DNA from: a bacterium
GTDB lineage: Bacteria > Bacillota_I > Bacilli_A > RF39 > UBA660
Direction: 5' to 3'
Length of the DNA stretch: 64,000 nt
NCBI GenBank assembly: GCA_022779465.1
Contig: JALFTB010000001.1
Span: forward strand, 3,824 to 67,823
Positions 22,192-33,166 of this stretch are shown here, one piece after another; positions within the stretch are counted from its first letter, which is position 1, and every line of letters begins with the position of its first letter. The notes beneath the pieces were generated by a model. It made no database searches, had not been told where the DNA came from, and saw only the letters and a program-made list of their open reading frames with translations. The position numbers and the translations under genes are program-made.

Positions 22192-22449
22192 TTAAGCTGC
22201 TTTATTGTATTCTTCAATAATAGCGTCTTCAAATTGTTTACGAACATCTGGATTAATTGGATGAGCAATGTCTCTATATCCGCCTGTTGCAGTTTTTCTA
22301 CTAGGCATAGCTATAAACAAACCGTTGTCTCCTTCTATAACTCTAATGTCGTGTACAGCAAATGCATCGTCTAGTAATACAGAAGCAATTCCTTTCATAC
22401 GAGAGCCTTCTTTTTCAACTTTTCTAACGCTAACAGATGTAATTTTCAT
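22192..22449 (-). CDS. spoVG: septation/sporulation regulator SpoVG
   Basis: The sequence [12 protein letters not shown]...[24 protein letters not shown] is close to canonical SpoVG. The start is taken at MKIT. Confidence 0.9.
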   Translation of the reverse strand: MKITSVSVRKVEKEGSRMKGIASVLLDDAFAVHDIRVIEGDNGLFIAMPSRKTATGGYRDIAHPINPDVRKQFEDAIIEEYNKAA

Positions 22450-22522
22450 AACATTCACTCCTTCTATTATACTGTCTTAGTTAATTTAATTTTAATCTAT
22501 TGTTCAACAAATTGCAATATAT

Positions 22523-22735
22523 TTATGATAAAAAGTTTATTATAATATCTTTACTTAAAATATCTGAGTACGAATAACTCTTTTTTTCTATACCATTAGA
22601 TACTATAAATACATGACTATAACATTCTGATATGTAGCCATAAAATATTTCATTTCTGTTTCTATTTTCTCTTGATGTAACTTTTATTTCTTGATTTAAA
22701 TGATTTCTTATATTTGTTTTAATTGATTCAATCAT
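22523..22735 (-). CDS. veg: Veg protein
   Basis: The 70 aa product shows the Veg signature (SRENRNRNEIFYGYISECYSHVFIV....SYSYSDILS). Confidence 0.8.
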   Translation of the reverse strand: MIESIKTNIRNHLNQEIKVTSRENRNRNEIFYGYISECYSHVFIVSNGIEKKSYSYSDILSKDIIINFLS

Positions 22736-23514
22736 CTTGGATACCCCACATACATAAGTCCATTACAAACAACTCCTCCCATTCCATCGGAACCATATTT
22801 GGTTTTATTTAAAAGTTCAATTAAATCTATTGTTTTCATTTTGTCGGTTAAAGCAATTGATGAAGCTATTATGGCAGGATCTAAAGCATGAATATTTACT
22901 CTTTTGGGACTAGATGCAAAATTTGCTCCACATTTAATTAATTCTTCATAATCGCTTTGACATGCACCAGCAATTATTATTAACTTGTCATGGTTTTTTT
23001 CATATTTTCTTGCTTTTTTAACTGATTCACAAAAATATTTTGAATTACGATAATTATTTAAATTTGTTTTAGAACCTTTCTTTGGATAATATGCATCATG
23101 ACCAGTTATTATGACAATGTCAGGATTACATTCTAATAAATATTTATTGATTTTATTTGGTAATTCTTCTTCACTTACAACTTTTCCAAAAGCTTTTAAA
23201 TTGTTTTGTTTATAATAATTTAGACATCTATTTAAATATTCTTCGTCACCATCGCAATGTAAAATTTTGGCTGGCATATAAAAGTATTCATTGCGATCTA
23301 AATTGTCATTATTGGTAACTTTGTATTCAAAATTATCTTTGCGATTTTCTGTATATAAAACTAAATCTTCAATCGGACTATCTGCATATAATCTGACATT
23401 TTCACCTTTTAAATAACAAACTCCATCTTTTATGTTTAAAATTTTAAATATTGTATCGTTATTATAACTTTTTCTTGTTACATAGTCGCCTTTTTTAAAG
23501 TTCATAGTTACCAC
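22732..23514 (-). CDS. yabG: sporulation-specific protease YabG
   Basis: The N-terminus FKKGDYVTRKSYNNDTIFKIL resembles the B. subtilis YabG start. It sits in the veg-yabG-ksgA synteny. Confidence 0.7.
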   Translation of the reverse strand: MVTMNFKKGDYVTRKSYNNDTIFKILNIKDGVCYLKGENVRLYADSPIEDLVLYTENRKDNFEYKVTNNDNLDRNEYFYMPAKILHCDGDEEYLNRCLNYYKQNNLKAFGKVVSEEELPNKINKYLLECNPDIVIITGHDAYYPKKGSKTNLNNYRNSKYFCESVKKARKYEKNHDKLIIIAGACQSDYEELIKCGANFASSPKRVNIHALDPAIIASSIALTDKMKTIDLIELLNKTKYGSDGMGGVVCNGLMYVGYPR

Positions 23515-23548
23515 CTTAATTAATATTTATGCAAAAAAAAAGCAAATA

Positions 23549-24340
23549 TTATTGCTTTAGTTTATTTGATATTTCAATATATACTTCTATTGGTATTTCT
23601 TCGGCACGATTATTTAGAGAATAGCCATTGGCTTCTAATACCGGAGAGATTATATCTAAATTAAAGTTTTTTAAATTGTTTCTTAAATTTTTTCTTTTAA
23701 ATTGGAATGCTGATTCAATTAAGTTATTAAAAATATTAAAATCTGTTTTCTCTTTATTATTTGGAGTTAATTTAATAATTGCACTGTCAACATTTGGTCT
23801 TGGATAAAAACAATTTTTACTTACATTAAATAATTTTTTTATGTCATAAAAATAATTAAGAAGTACGGTGATATAACCATAGTCCTTTGTTTTGGGCTTA
23901 GCTGATAATCGATCTGCTACTTCTTTTTGAACCATTAATACTAGTCCTTGAGGATTTATATTAGCAAAAGTAATCTTTTTTATAATCGGAGTGGTTATAT
24001 AATATGGGATGTTAGCTATTACATATAGATTTTCATATTTGATGGTAGATAAATCGGCTGTTAAATCAGCTTCTAAAAAGTCTTTAAAGAATATTTGGGT
24101 TTTCTCATTTTTAATGGATTCTAATTGTTCTTGAAGAGATTTATCTATTTCATAACAGATAATATTACAATTATATTTTTGAAGCCATTTTGTTAAATTA
24201 CCACTTCCGGGTCCCACTTCAATAATTAAATCATTTGGATTAGGACTTATTGATTTATATATTTTTTGTAATATGCCTTGATCATTTAAAAAATTTTGTC
24301 CATATTTCTTTTTAAAAATGTGTTCTTTCATATTAATCAC
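23549..24340 (-). CDS. rsmA: 16S rRNA (adenine1518/1519-N6) dimethyltransferase
   Basis: The N-terminus has KKYGQNFL and the SAM motif EVGPGSGNLT. Confidence 0.9.
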   Translation of the reverse strand: MINMKEHIFKKKYGQNFLNDQGILQKIYKSISPNPNDLIIEVGPGSGNLTKWLQKYNCNIICYEIDKSLQEQLESIKNEKTQIFFKDFLEADLTADLSTIKYENLYVIANIPYYITTPIIKKITFANINPQGLVLMVQKEVADRLSAKPKTKDYGYITVLLNYFYDIKKLFNVSKNCFYPRPNVDSAIIKLTPNNKEKTDFNIFNNLIESAFQFKRKNLRNNLKNFNLDIISPVLEANGYSLNNRAEEIPIEVYIEISNKLKQ

Positions 24341-24375
24341 ATTAATAGTTTATCATAAAAAAAAGATAGTTTAAA

Positions 24376-24903
24376 CTATCTTGTATATCCGAATCTTAAA
24401 ATATTGTATGATATGTCTCTTCTACCAACTGATGTTAATGCTTCTTGTTGTGATGCCACTAGTAAATCTAACGCCGTTCCGGTTACGCCTCTATCTAGAA
24501 CAATAGCGGTAACTGGTGCATTGTTTAAATTAAATTGAACTATTGAACCACATGGAAGGCTTCTTGATGAAGCGACGATTCTAACTGTACCATAATCTTT
24601 ATCATTATAGGTAGTAATTCTATCTGTTAAAACATTTTGTCCAGTGCATCCTAATGTACCACCACATAATGGGCAATCAGCTGCATAACCAGTTAAGACT
24701 CCATTATATGTATCTTTAGGAGCATATAAATCATTTTTTTGAATTTCTTCAATTTTAACTGACATTGCATGTAAATCAAGGGTTTTATTTAAATTGTCGT
24801 TTGTACTTTTTAATTCAGATTGTGGAATACAAACTGATGGAAAAGATAAAATTGTTATTGTTATAATAAATAGTCTAATATATTTGAAAATTTTTCTTTT
24901 CAT
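24376..24903 (-). CDS. 3D-domain (YabE/YuiC-like) cell-wall binding protein
   Basis: A signal peptide is followed by a C-terminal 3D/DPBB-like region (GYAADCPLCGGTLGCTGQNV...IVLDRGVTG). It sits at the yabE position next to ksgA. Confidence 0.55.
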   Translation of the reverse strand: MKRKIFKYIRLFIITITILSFPSVCIPQSELKSTNDNLNKTLDLHAMSVKIEEIQKNDLYAPKDTYNGVLTGYAADCPLCGGTLGCTGQNVLTDRITTYNDKDYGTVRIVASSRSLPCGSIVQFNLNNAPVTAIVLDRGVTGTALDLLVASQQEALTSVGRRDISYNILRFGYTR

Positions 24904-24933
24904 AACTTATGCTCCATATCTTTTTTCATTGTA

Positions 24934-25692
24934 TCATGTTTGGGTTTTTATGTCAAAAATATCATTGAAATTTGATTCTAAGATGTTTTCAACTTTTTCA
25001 GGAGATAAACTATATATTTCACATATTTTCTTTTCGATTATATTTAAATTCAAAGGTTCATTTATGGTTCCCCTCAATGGTGCTGGAGATAAATAAGGTG
25101 AATCGGTTTCTAAAAGAATGTTTTCTATGTTGATTTTAGATAAGGTTTGCGGCAAATTAGAATTTTTAAATGTTACTACTCCACCTATTCCTAATTTGAA
25201 TCCCAGTTTTATAAATTCTGTTGCTGTTTCAAGACTGCCAGAAAAACAATGAATTATTCCTTTATTATGATGTCGTTTTAATATCTTAAGTAAATCGTCA
25301 GTAGCATTACGATTGTGAATTATTACTGGCAAATTATTATTTTCTGCTAAAGTTAAAAAGTAATCTAATAATTTAATTTGTTCTTCTTTGTTTTGGTCAT
25401 TATGATAATAGTCTAAACCTATTTCTCCGATAGCAATTATACCTTTAGTATTGATGTTTTGGGTAATATAATCTAATTCTTTATCTAAATTTAAACTTAT
25501 ATTATCAGGATGAATTCCTAAGGCTCCATAAACATTTTGATTATTTATGAGTTTTAAAACTTCTTCGTTACTTATTTGATTGTATCCATTTATAATTATT
25601 CTTTTTATATTCGAAGATGATAAATTATCAATTATTGATTGAGGATTATAATATTCTGTAGAAAGAATATGACAATGTGTATCTGTTAACAT
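24934..25692 (-). CDS. tatD: TatD-family metal-dependent DNase/hydrolase
   Basis: An N-terminal TDTHCH motif is present in a 252 aa product placed downstream of metG, as in Bacillus yabD. Confidence 0.85.
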   Translation of the reverse strand: MLTDTHCHILSTEYYNPQSIIDNLSSSNIKRIIINGYNQISNEEVLKLINNQNVYGALGIHPDNISLNLDKELDYITQNINTKGIIAIGEIGLDYYHNDQNKEEQIKLLDYFLTLAENNNLPVIIHNRNATDDLLKILKRHHNKGIIHCFSGSLETATEFIKLGFKLGIGGVVTFKNSNLPQTLSKINIENILLETDSPYLSPAPLRGTINEPLNLNIIEKKICEIYSLSPEKVENILESNFNDIFDIKTQT

Positions 25693-25746
25693 TTAACATC
25701 ACCTTATTTTAGTATAAATTAAAAAGCATCTTATAACAAGATACTT

Positions 25747-27276
25747 TTATTTAGTTTCTATTCTGGCAAATAATACTTCTGGAGAGTTTACTTTTACTCC
25801 TGGTAATAATTTACCATATGTTAAATCATCGAATGTAGTAAATTCAGTATTAATTTGTTTTAAGGCTTTTTCAGCAGATGTTGGAATATATGCCTTTAAT
25901 AATATAGAAGAAATTCTTAATCCTTCTAATAGATTGTATAACACGGTTCCTAATCTTTCTTTTTTTGTTTCATCTTTTGCTAGGGTCCAAGGTGTTGTAT
26001 CATCAATGTATTTATTACATTTTGATAGTAAATCCATTATTTCAATAATTGCTTCATTTACTTTTAATTCATTCATTTTTCTAGTTACGATTTTTGGTAA
26101 TTTATTAATTGAATTTATTAAATCTTCATCGATTTTTTCTGGTTTACTATTTGGTTGAACTACACCATCAAAATATTTATTTAGCATTGAGATTGTTCTA
26201 TTTAGTAGATTACCATAGTTATTAGCTAAATCAGAGTTAGTTCTAGCTATTAATAATTCTTCAGAAAAGTTACCATCGTTTCCAAAAGGAACTTCTCTTA
26301 AAGCATAGTATCTTACTGCATCTACCCCATAATCTTCAATATATTCTCTTGGATCTTTATAGTTTCCTAAGGATTTAGAAATTTTGCCGCCATTAATAAT
26401 TAACCACCCATGACCAAATACTTTTTTAGGTAATTCTAATCCTAGTGCCATTAAAAGACATGGCCAAATAATAGTGTGAAATCTGATTATTTCTTTTCCT
26501 ACTAAGTGTAAATCTGCTGGCCAATATTTTTTGAACTTGGTATCATCGTCACTCATGTATCCTAGTGATGTAATATAGTTAGTTAAAGCATCAATCCAAA
26601 CATAAACTACATGATTAGGGTCAAAATCTACTGGTATACCCCATTTGAATGAAGTTCTTGAAACACATAAATCTTCTAAACCTGGCTTAATAAAGTTATT
26701 TATCATTTCATTTTTTCTAGATGTTGGTTGAATAAAATCTGGATGTTGTTCTAGGAAGTTTTCTAAGTTTTGTTGGTATTTTGATAGTTTAAAGAAATAT
26801 GCTTCTTCTGAAACTTCTTTTACTTCTCTACCACAATCAGGACACATACCATCTACAAGTTGGGTTTCAGTCCAGAAAGATTCACAAGGAGTACAATATA
26901 ATCCTTTATATTCACCTTTATAGATATCGCCTTGATCATATAATTTTTTAAATATTTTTTGAACAGCGGCTTCATGATCTTTGTCTGTTGTTCTGATGAA
27001 ATAATCATAACTAATTCCTAAAGATTTCCATAATTCTTTTGCATTGTCAACTATTTCATCTACATATTCTTTAGGTGTCTTACCAGCTTCTTTTGCCTTT
27101 AATTCAATCTTTTGGCCATGTTCATCTGTTCCTGTTTGAAAAAAGACATCATATCCTTCTAATCTTTTGAATCTTGCTATGGCATCGGCAATTATTGTTG
27201 TATAGCAATGACCAATATGAAAATTAGCACTTGGATAATAAATTGGGGTTGTTAAATAATATTTTTTCTTTTCCAT
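25747..27276 (-). CDS. metG: methionine--tRNA ligase (short form)
   Basis: The HIGH motif (ANFHIGHCYT) and KMSKS motif (KISKSLGN) are present, along with a zinc knuckle (CPDCGREV). Confidence 0.9.
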   Translation of the reverse strand: MEKKKYYLTTPIYYPSANFHIGHCYTTIIADAIARFKRLEGYDVFFQTGTDEHGQKIELKAKEAGKTPKEYVDEIVDNAKELWKSLGISYDYFIRTTDKDHEAAVQKIFKKLYDQGDIYKGEYKGLYCTPCESFWTETQLVDGMCPDCGREVKEVSEEAYFFKLSKYQQNLENFLEQHPDFIQPTSRKNEMINNFIKPGLEDLCVSRTSFKWGIPVDFDPNHVVYVWIDALTNYITSLGYMSDDDTKFKKYWPADLHLVGKEIIRFHTIIWPCLLMALGLELPKKVFGHGWLIINGGKISKSLGNYKDPREYIEDYGVDAVRYYALREVPFGNDGNFSEELLIARTNSDLANNYGNLLNRTISMLNKYFDGVVQPNSKPEKIDEDLINSINKLPKIVTRKMNELKVNEAIIEIMDLLSKCNKYIDDTTPWTLAKDETKKERLGTVLYNLLEGLRISSILLKAYIPTSAEKALKQINTEFTTFDDLTYGKLLPGVKVNSPEVLFARIETK

Positions 27277-27289
27277 TTTGTTTTTCCTT

Positions 27290-27520
27290 TCTAAAAAAAA
27301 TTCATAAACTAAAGGACGACTTAATGCCGTGGTACCACCTTAATTCATGAATTTCATGCACTTATATCTTAACGCGATTATTACGTTTGAACTCCAGAAC
27401 CATATTCATTATCAATAAATAATTCTCTTTCACCAAGCAAGAACTCTCTTTGTATTTACTAAATAATTACTCTTTCCTTCTTCGTTCAATATAGTTCATT
27501 CTAACATAATATGTTGATTT
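27290..27520 (-). promoter_or_regulatory. T-box riboswitch leader of metG
   Basis: The minus-strand leader contains the T-box sequence AATTAAGGTGGTACCACGGCATTAAG (plus coordinates 27321-27345). A terminator helix and a U-run (plus-strand A-run near 27291-27298) lie just upstream of the metG RBS. Confidence 0.75.
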
Positions 27521-27522
27521 TA

Positions 27523-27936
27523 TCAAGAATAATCAAAATAAGAAGATATTATTCTAGAAATTAATTTAAGAAATTTTTGATTTTCATCATTATTGTCTAT
27601 ATATATTTTAACCTTGCCAATTTCAATTGAATTCATTATTATTTCAGTTTCAATAAAATGATTACTTGGACTTATGGAAATAATCTTTTTATTTCGATCA
27701 GTTATTTCTATTCCATACTTATATATTTCATTTATATATTCCGCGATTGACTTGATGTAATTGTAATAATTTTCTAAATATGAATATTTAGATATAAGTA
27801 TTTTTGAATCGTCGGAAGTAATCATTATATTTTCATTTTCTTGTATTTTTAACTTGTGTCTTACTTCTTTAGGAATTACTATTCTTCCTAATTCATCTAT
27901 TTTTCTTATATAATTATTTGTTTTCACATATACCAC
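27523..27936 (-). CDS. SpoVT/AbrB-family transcriptional regulator (SpoVT-like by position and N-terminal domain)
   Basis: The N-terminal swapped-hairpin domain IRKIDELGRIVIPKEVRHKLKI...ILISKYS aligns with SpoVT/AbrB. It lies directly downstream of mfd. The C-terminal part is short (137 aa in total), with no clear GAF domain. Confidence 0.6.
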   Translation of the reverse strand: MVYVKTNNYIRKIDELGRIVIPKEVRHKLKIQENENIMITSDDSKILISKYSYLENYYNYIKSIAEYINEIYKYGIEITDRNKKIISISPSNHFIETEIIMNSIEIGKVKIYIDNNDENQKFLKLISRIISSYFDYS

Positions 27937-27965
27937 TAAATATAGTGTGGAAAATAATTTTCTTT

Positions 27966-30900
27966 TTATTCCATATCAGATATGATTTCTTGTAAAAGAT
28001 CAACTAAATAATAGATGTAATGTTTTTCTAAGTTAATTATTGGCAAATTAATAATTATTCTTTTTGCCATGTATTTTAGTTTAAATTTTGGATTAATATT
28101 ATATAATTTTAAGAATAATTTTTCTCCATTGATTTTTGAAGATATATCTTCTGGTAATGAAAATTCTATGTAAGTTTTGGTTTGTATAATATTCTTAATT
28201 TTTAATTGAAAAGCTAATTTTTCGAACCATTCTTCGTACATATATATTTCAAGTTTATCATTGATTTTACCAAATCTGTCTTCTATTTCAGCTTTAATTT
28301 TGGTTAATGTTGTATAGTCTTTTATTGAGTTTATTAACTGATGTATTTCTATTCTTACGCTTTCATCAGATACGTATGTTTCATCAATGTGGGTATCGAT
28401 ATCTATAAGTGATGTATCGTTTTCGTCTTCTACTTTAGGAATTCCTTTTATTTCATTTAAAGTTTCTTCTATCATTTTTGTATAAAGTTCTATTCCTACT
28501 GAATCAATAAATCCGGCTTGTTCACTACCTAAAAGATCACCTGCTCCTCTAATTGATAAATCTCTCATGGCTATTTTATAGCCACTACCTAACTCGGTAA
28601 ACTCTTTTATAGCATTTAATCTTTTAACAGCTATTTCATTAAGTATCTTGGAATTATTGTATGTTAGATATGCATAGGCAATTTTATTAGTTCTTCCAAC
28701 TCTACCTCTTAATTGGTATAACTGACTCAATCCATAATTTTGAGCATCAATTATAATTAATGTATTTACGTTAGATATATCTATACCTGTTTCTATAATT
28801 GTTGTACATACTAAAATATCATATTTTTTATCAATAAAATCTTCAATTATTTTTTCTAATTCTTGTTTACTCATTTGACCATGAGCATAGCAAATTTTGG
28901 CATCGGGTACTAATTTTGACAATTTTGATGCTTCTTGTTCTATTTTAGATACATTATTATATAAATAAAACACTTGTCCATTTCTGGATAATTCTTTGTA
29001 TATTGCTTCTTTAATTAATTCATTATTTTGTTCAACAACATAGGTTTGAACTGGATAACGGTCTTCTGGTGCTGTATCTAATATAGATAGATCTTTTAAA
29101 CCTGACATTGCCATTTTAAGTGTTCTTGGAATAGGTGTTGCTGATAATGTTAAGACATTTACGTTTTTACTAATTTCTTTGATTTTTTCTTTTTGGGTTA
29201 CACCAAATCTCTGTTCTTCATCGACAACTAATAATCCTAATTTTTTATATTCGATTTTTTCATTAAATAATTTATGAGTTCCGAAGATTAAATCTATTTT
29301 ACCATCTTTAAGATCATTTACAATTTTGTTAAATTCTTTGGCTGTGGTAAATCTATTTGTTATCGCAATATTTATTGGAAAATCTTTAAATCTTTTTAGA
29401 GCATTACTGTATTGTTGTTTTGATAAAATTGTTGTTGGGCAAAGATACGCAACTTGGTAGCCATTCATTATTGTATTAAATATTGCTCTAAATGCTACTT
29501 CAGTTTTACCAAATCCTACATCTCCACATAATAATCTATCCATTGGTTTGTCAGATTTTAAATCATTGAGAATATCATCAATACATCTCAATTGATCACG
29601 GGTTTCGGTATATTCAAACTTATCGGCAAAAATTAAATCTTCAGGATATTGAATATATTTTGGACTTTTTAGTTTTGAACGTTCCGCATATAATTTTAAC
29701 AATTCTTCAGATATATCTTTAATTTTTGATTTAACTGCTCTTTTTGTTTTTTCCCAAGAAGTAGAATTTAAGTGATTAATTTTAGGAGCATTACTTCCGG
29801 CATCTGAATATTTATATATTGTATTTATCTTTTCTACTGGAATATATACTTTATCATTTCCAGCATATTTGATTAAAATATAGTCTTTTTCGAAAGAATT
29901 TTTATTTAATGTAATTACTCCGCCATAGATACCAATACCATGGGCAGCATGAACAACATAATCTCCAATTTTAATATCATTAAAATCTTTTATTTTACGT
30001 CCAATTTTAACGGGATTATGATATCTGACGTTGGCTTCATTGTTTGAATCGATGTCATAATCTGTGATAACGATATATTTATCAACAATAAATCCCTGAT
30101 TTATTCTTTCATTTATAAAATATAGTTTATTTGCTTCATACGTTGTTCCGGTTGAAAAATGAAAAATTTTCTTTAAATATTCTTTTAAATTTTTGTTTTG
30201 AATAGCAAATAGTGTAGATTTTTTAGAATCGCGATGAGTAATAAAAAATTCCAAATTTTCAAAATTTGATTTGAAATTATCTATAGTTTGAGATTTAACA
30301 TCTAAATAACCTGAAATATTAAATGACGCTAAATTAACTTCGTTTTTAATGTTGAATTCTGACAAGCTATACATATATTTGTAATTAGAATCAATTTCTT
30401 TTTCTATTTTATAATTAAAGATTTGTTCTTCTAATTCTTGATTAGCTTTTTCAATTAATTCAGGATTAATTTTAATAACAGTTGGATCGTCTAATAGATT
30501 GTATAAAGAAGTATTGTCGTTTGATAAAATTTCTTTATATGGTAAAATTTGAATATTTGGAATTTCTTTAATTGTAAGCTGACTTTCGGCATCAAATTCT
30601 TTTATTTTTTCGATATCATTGCCAAATAATTCAATTCTGATTGGATTTTCACAATTATACGGAAATAAATCAATAACAAATCCTCTTACAGAATATTCAC
30701 CTGATGATGTTACAATAGATGTTTTTGTATAACCGAATTGATAAAGTAATTCTTCTAAATTTTCTCTATTTACAGTTGTATTTGATTTTAAATCTATCTT
30801 TAATTTATCGATACTTTTAGAATTAGGTACAAAACGTAAAAAACCAGTTAAATTGGCAATAATTATTTTTTGCCCTGGTTCATTTATTTTATTTAAAGTT

Positions 30901-31166
30901 TCTAAACGTTTAATCTTTAAATCTGGAGATACAGCAATAGCAACTGATGTTAAAAATTCATCCATTGGAAAAAGGAAGACATTGTCTTTATATGTCTTCA
31001 AATTATTATAATATTTAGTGGCTTCAAAAAGTGAACTTGTTAAAACAACTATGTTATTATTTGATTTATTGCTTAAATAATTTATATATAGTGTCTTTAA
31101 TTCATCAGTTAATCCACTAATATTATTTGTTTTAAATTGATCAAAAATGTTTGATAAAAATTTCAT
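27966..31166 (-). CDS. mfd: transcription-repair coupling factor
   Basis: The 1066 aa product has UvrB-homology N-terminal modules and a DEAD/DEAH superfamily-2 translocase core (GDVGFGKTEVA, DEEQRFG). Confidence 0.9.
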   Translation of the reverse strand: MKFLSNIFDQFKTNNISGLTDELKTLYINYLSNKSNNNIVVLTSSLFEATKYYNNLKTYKDNVFLFPMDEFLTSVAIAVSPDLKIKRLETLNKINEPGQKIIIANLTGFLRFVPNSKSIDKLKIDLKSNTTVNRENLEELLYQFGYTKTSIVTSSGEYSVRGFVIDLFPYNCENPIRIELFGNDIEKIKEFDAESQLTIKEIPNIQILPYKEILSNDNTSLYNLLDDPTVIKINPELIEKANQELEEQIFNYKIEKEIDSNYKYMYSLSEFNIKNEVNLASFNISGYLDVKSQTIDNFKSNFENLEFFITHRDSKKSTLFAIQNKNLKEYLKKIFHFSTGTTYEANKLYFINERINQGFIVDKYIVITDYDIDSNNEANVRYHNPVKIGRKIKDFNDIKIGDYVVHAAHGIGIYGGVITLNKNSFEKDYILIKYAGNDKVYIPVEKINTIYKYSDAGSNAPKINHLNSTSWEKTKRAVKSKIKDISEELLKLYAERSKLKSPKYIQYPEDLIFADKFEYTETRDQLRCIDDILNDLKSDKPMDRLLCGDVGFGKTEVAFRAIFNTIMNGYQVAYLCPTTILSKQQYSNALKRFKDFPINIAITNRFTTAKEFNKIVNDLKDGKIDLIFGTHKLFNEKIEYKKLGLLVVDEEQRFGVTQKEKIKEISKNVNVLTLSATPIPRTLKMAMSGLKDLSILDTAPEDRYPVQTYVVEQNNELIKEAIYKELSRNGQVFYLYNNVSKIEQEASKLSKLVPDAKICYAHGQMSKQELEKIIEDFIDKKYDILVCTTIIETGIDISNVNTLIIIDAQNYGLSQLYQLRGRVGRTNKIAYAYLTYNNSKILNEIAVKRLNAIKEFTELGSGYKIAMRDLSIRGAGDLLGSEQAGFIDSVGIELYTKMIEETLNEIKGIPKVEDENDTSLIDIDTHIDETYVSDESVRIEIHQLINSIKDYTTLTKIKAEIEDRFGKINDKLEIYMYEEWFEKLAFQLKIKNIIQTKTYIEFSLPEDISSKINGEKLFLKLYNINPKFKLKYMAKRIIINLPIINLEKHYIYYLVDLLQEIISDME

Positions 31167-31167
31167 T

Positions 31168-31725
31168 TTAATTATACCTATTCATTAATGTTTCTATTTT
31201 AGTATTATTTATAAAGTCAGTAATTATTTGGTTGTACGTATTCATATTATTTTTTAATATTTCTAAATCTGATTTAGGAAATTTACCAAGTACAAATTCT
31301 ATTGTGTCATTTGTAGGTTTAGAAATACCAATTTTCAATCTCAAGAATTCATCTGTTTTGATATTTTTAATAATATCTTTAATACCATTATGACCACCGG
31401 CAGAACTTTTAAGTTTTAATCTTACTTTACCAATATCTAAATCCATATCATCTTGAATAACTAATAAATCTTTTGTGTCTATTTTATAATAATTTAGATA
31501 ATATTGGACAGCTTGACCAGATAAATTCATATAAGTTGTTGGTTTAATAAATAATACGTTTTCATTATTAATTGTCAGTTTTAATACATATGCTAATGAT
31601 TCTTTTTTCCAATTATCACTATTTACAAAGTTATCTATAATCATATAACCAATGTTGTGTCTTGTATTTTCATATTCTTTTCCAGGATTACCTAATCCAA
31701 CTATTAATTTCATATTACTATTCAC
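31168..31725 (-). CDS. pth: peptidyl-tRNA hydrolase
   Basis: The N-terminus is MKLIVGLGNPGKEYENTRHNIG. Confidence 0.9.
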   Translation of the reverse strand: MNSNMKLIVGLGNPGKEYENTRHNIGYMIIDNFVNSDNWKKESLAYVLKLTINNENVLFIKPTTYMNLSGQAVQYYLNYYKIDTKDLLVIQDDMDLDIGKVRLKLKSSAGGHNGIKDIIKNIKTDEFLRLKIGISKPTNDTIEFVLGKFPKSDLEILKNNMNTYNQIITDFINNTKIETLMNRYN

Positions 31726-32404
31726 CTCTGTAATTTTTTGTTAATAATGGTGGTAAGATTTTTAAATCATCTTTACCATTTTTCATTGCTTCTACTAATA
31801 TTATAGAACAATTTTTATCAAAATCATCATAAGCACATTCAATTCTTTTAATTCCAAAATTATATTTTTTTAAATAATTTACTAATTCTATAAATCGATC
31901 AGGTCGATATACTATGTTTAATTTTCCTTTTGGTTTCAATAATTTTGAAGAAATTTCAATTATCTCTTCTAAGGTGATTTTAATTTCGTGTCTTGCAATT
32001 GATTTAATAATATTATCATTTATATTCGATGTCTCATTATATTTAAAATATGGAGGATTGCAAGTTATAATGTCAAAAGTGGATGGAGAAAAATAATTTT
32101 GCCAATTTTTAATATCATCGTTTATTAAAGAAATATTTGTTATATTATTTATATTTATGGATTCTTTAGCTAGATTGTATACTTCATTTTGAATTTCAAC
32201 ACAAGAAATTGATGAAATCTTTTTTGATAAAATAATTGGTAATGGAGCATTGCCTGTACACAAATCTAATAATTTTTTATCGGTATAGTTTACATTTACA
32301 AAATCTGCTAATAAAATTGAATCTAAAGAAAACTTAAAAAAAGATGGATTTTGTACAATTTTATATCCATAATCTAATAAATCATTAACAACATTCTGTT
32401 CCAT
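31718..32404 (-). CDS. SAM-dependent N6-adenine methyltransferase (tRNA m6A37 TrmN6/YabB-like)
   Basis: It has the SAM motif LDLCTGNA and an NPPY catalytic motif (ITCNPPYF). Confidence 0.55.
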   Translation of the reverse strand: MEQNVVNDLLDYGYKIVQNPSFFKFSLDSILLADFVNVNYTDKKLLDLCTGNAPLPIILSKKISSISCVEIQNEVYNLAKESININNITNISLINDDIKNWQNYFSPSTFDIITCNPPYFKYNETSNINDNIIKSIARHEIKITLEEIIEISSKLLKPKGKLNIVYRPDRFIELVNYLKKYNFGIKRIECAYDDFDKNCSIILVEAMKNGKDDLKILPPLLTKNYRGE

Positions 32405-33164
32405 CTTGATTAAATTCCTTTAATTCATCATCGACTTGTAAAGTGTATGTTCCTTTTAAAATGTTTAATGAAACAACTTTATATGTTTTACCATTATATT
32501 CTTTTTGTGAACCAACTGATGGTAATTCTTTCTTGTAACAACTATAGGTTTCGTCTTCATAAGAAAGACAGCAAAGTAATCTTCCACATGATCCATTTAT
32601 TTTTGATGGATTAAGTGCTATATTTTGATTTTTTGCCATATTAATAGTTATTGTTTCTAATTTATTTAAAAATGAATTGCAACATAATTGTCTTCCACAT
32701 GGACCAAGTCCACCAATTTCTTTAGCTTTATCTCTTACACCAATTTGATGAAGATCAATTCTTGCTTTATACTTAGCGGCTAGTAGTTTAACTAATTCTC
32801 TAAAGTCAATTCTTTCATCCGCTATAAAATTTATTATTAATTGTTTATGATCAAATGTAAATGATGCTTCTACAAATTGCATTTCTAGATTAAGTGAGTC
32901 AGACATTTTTTTTGCTTCTACTAGTACTTCTTTTGCTTCTTTTAAAGATTTAAGATACTTTTTATAATCTTCATTACTAGCTTTTCGAAGAATATTCTTT
33001 TGTGGTGTTTCTTTACTTTCAAGTTCAATAAAGGCAACTTTGCCAAATTGTTCTCCTTTTTCTGTTTCGACAATTACGTAATCATTTATATTTATTTCAA
33101 TATTATTTTTATTAAAATAATAATTTTTACCATTTTCTTTAAATATAATTCCACATACTTCCAT
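32385..33164 (-). CDS. ricT: PSP1-domain protein YaaT/RicT
   Basis: The N-terminus reads NGKNYYFNKNNIEININDYVIVETEKGEQFGKV, typical of YaaT. It is Cys-rich and sits in the holB-yaaT synteny. Confidence 0.7.
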   Translation of the reverse strand: MEVCGIIFKENGKNYYFNKNNIEININDYVIVETEKGEQFGKVAFIELESKETPQKNILRKASNEDYKKYLKSLKEAKEVLVEAKKMSDSLNLEMQFVEASFTFDHKQLIINFIADERIDFRELVKLLAAKYKARIDLHQIGVRDKAKEIGGLGPCGRQLCCNSFLNKLETITINMAKNQNIALNPSKINGSCGRLLCCLSYEDETYSCYKKELPSVGSQKEYNGKTYKVVSLNILKGTYTLQVDDELKEFNQDGTECC

Positions 33165-33166
33165 GT

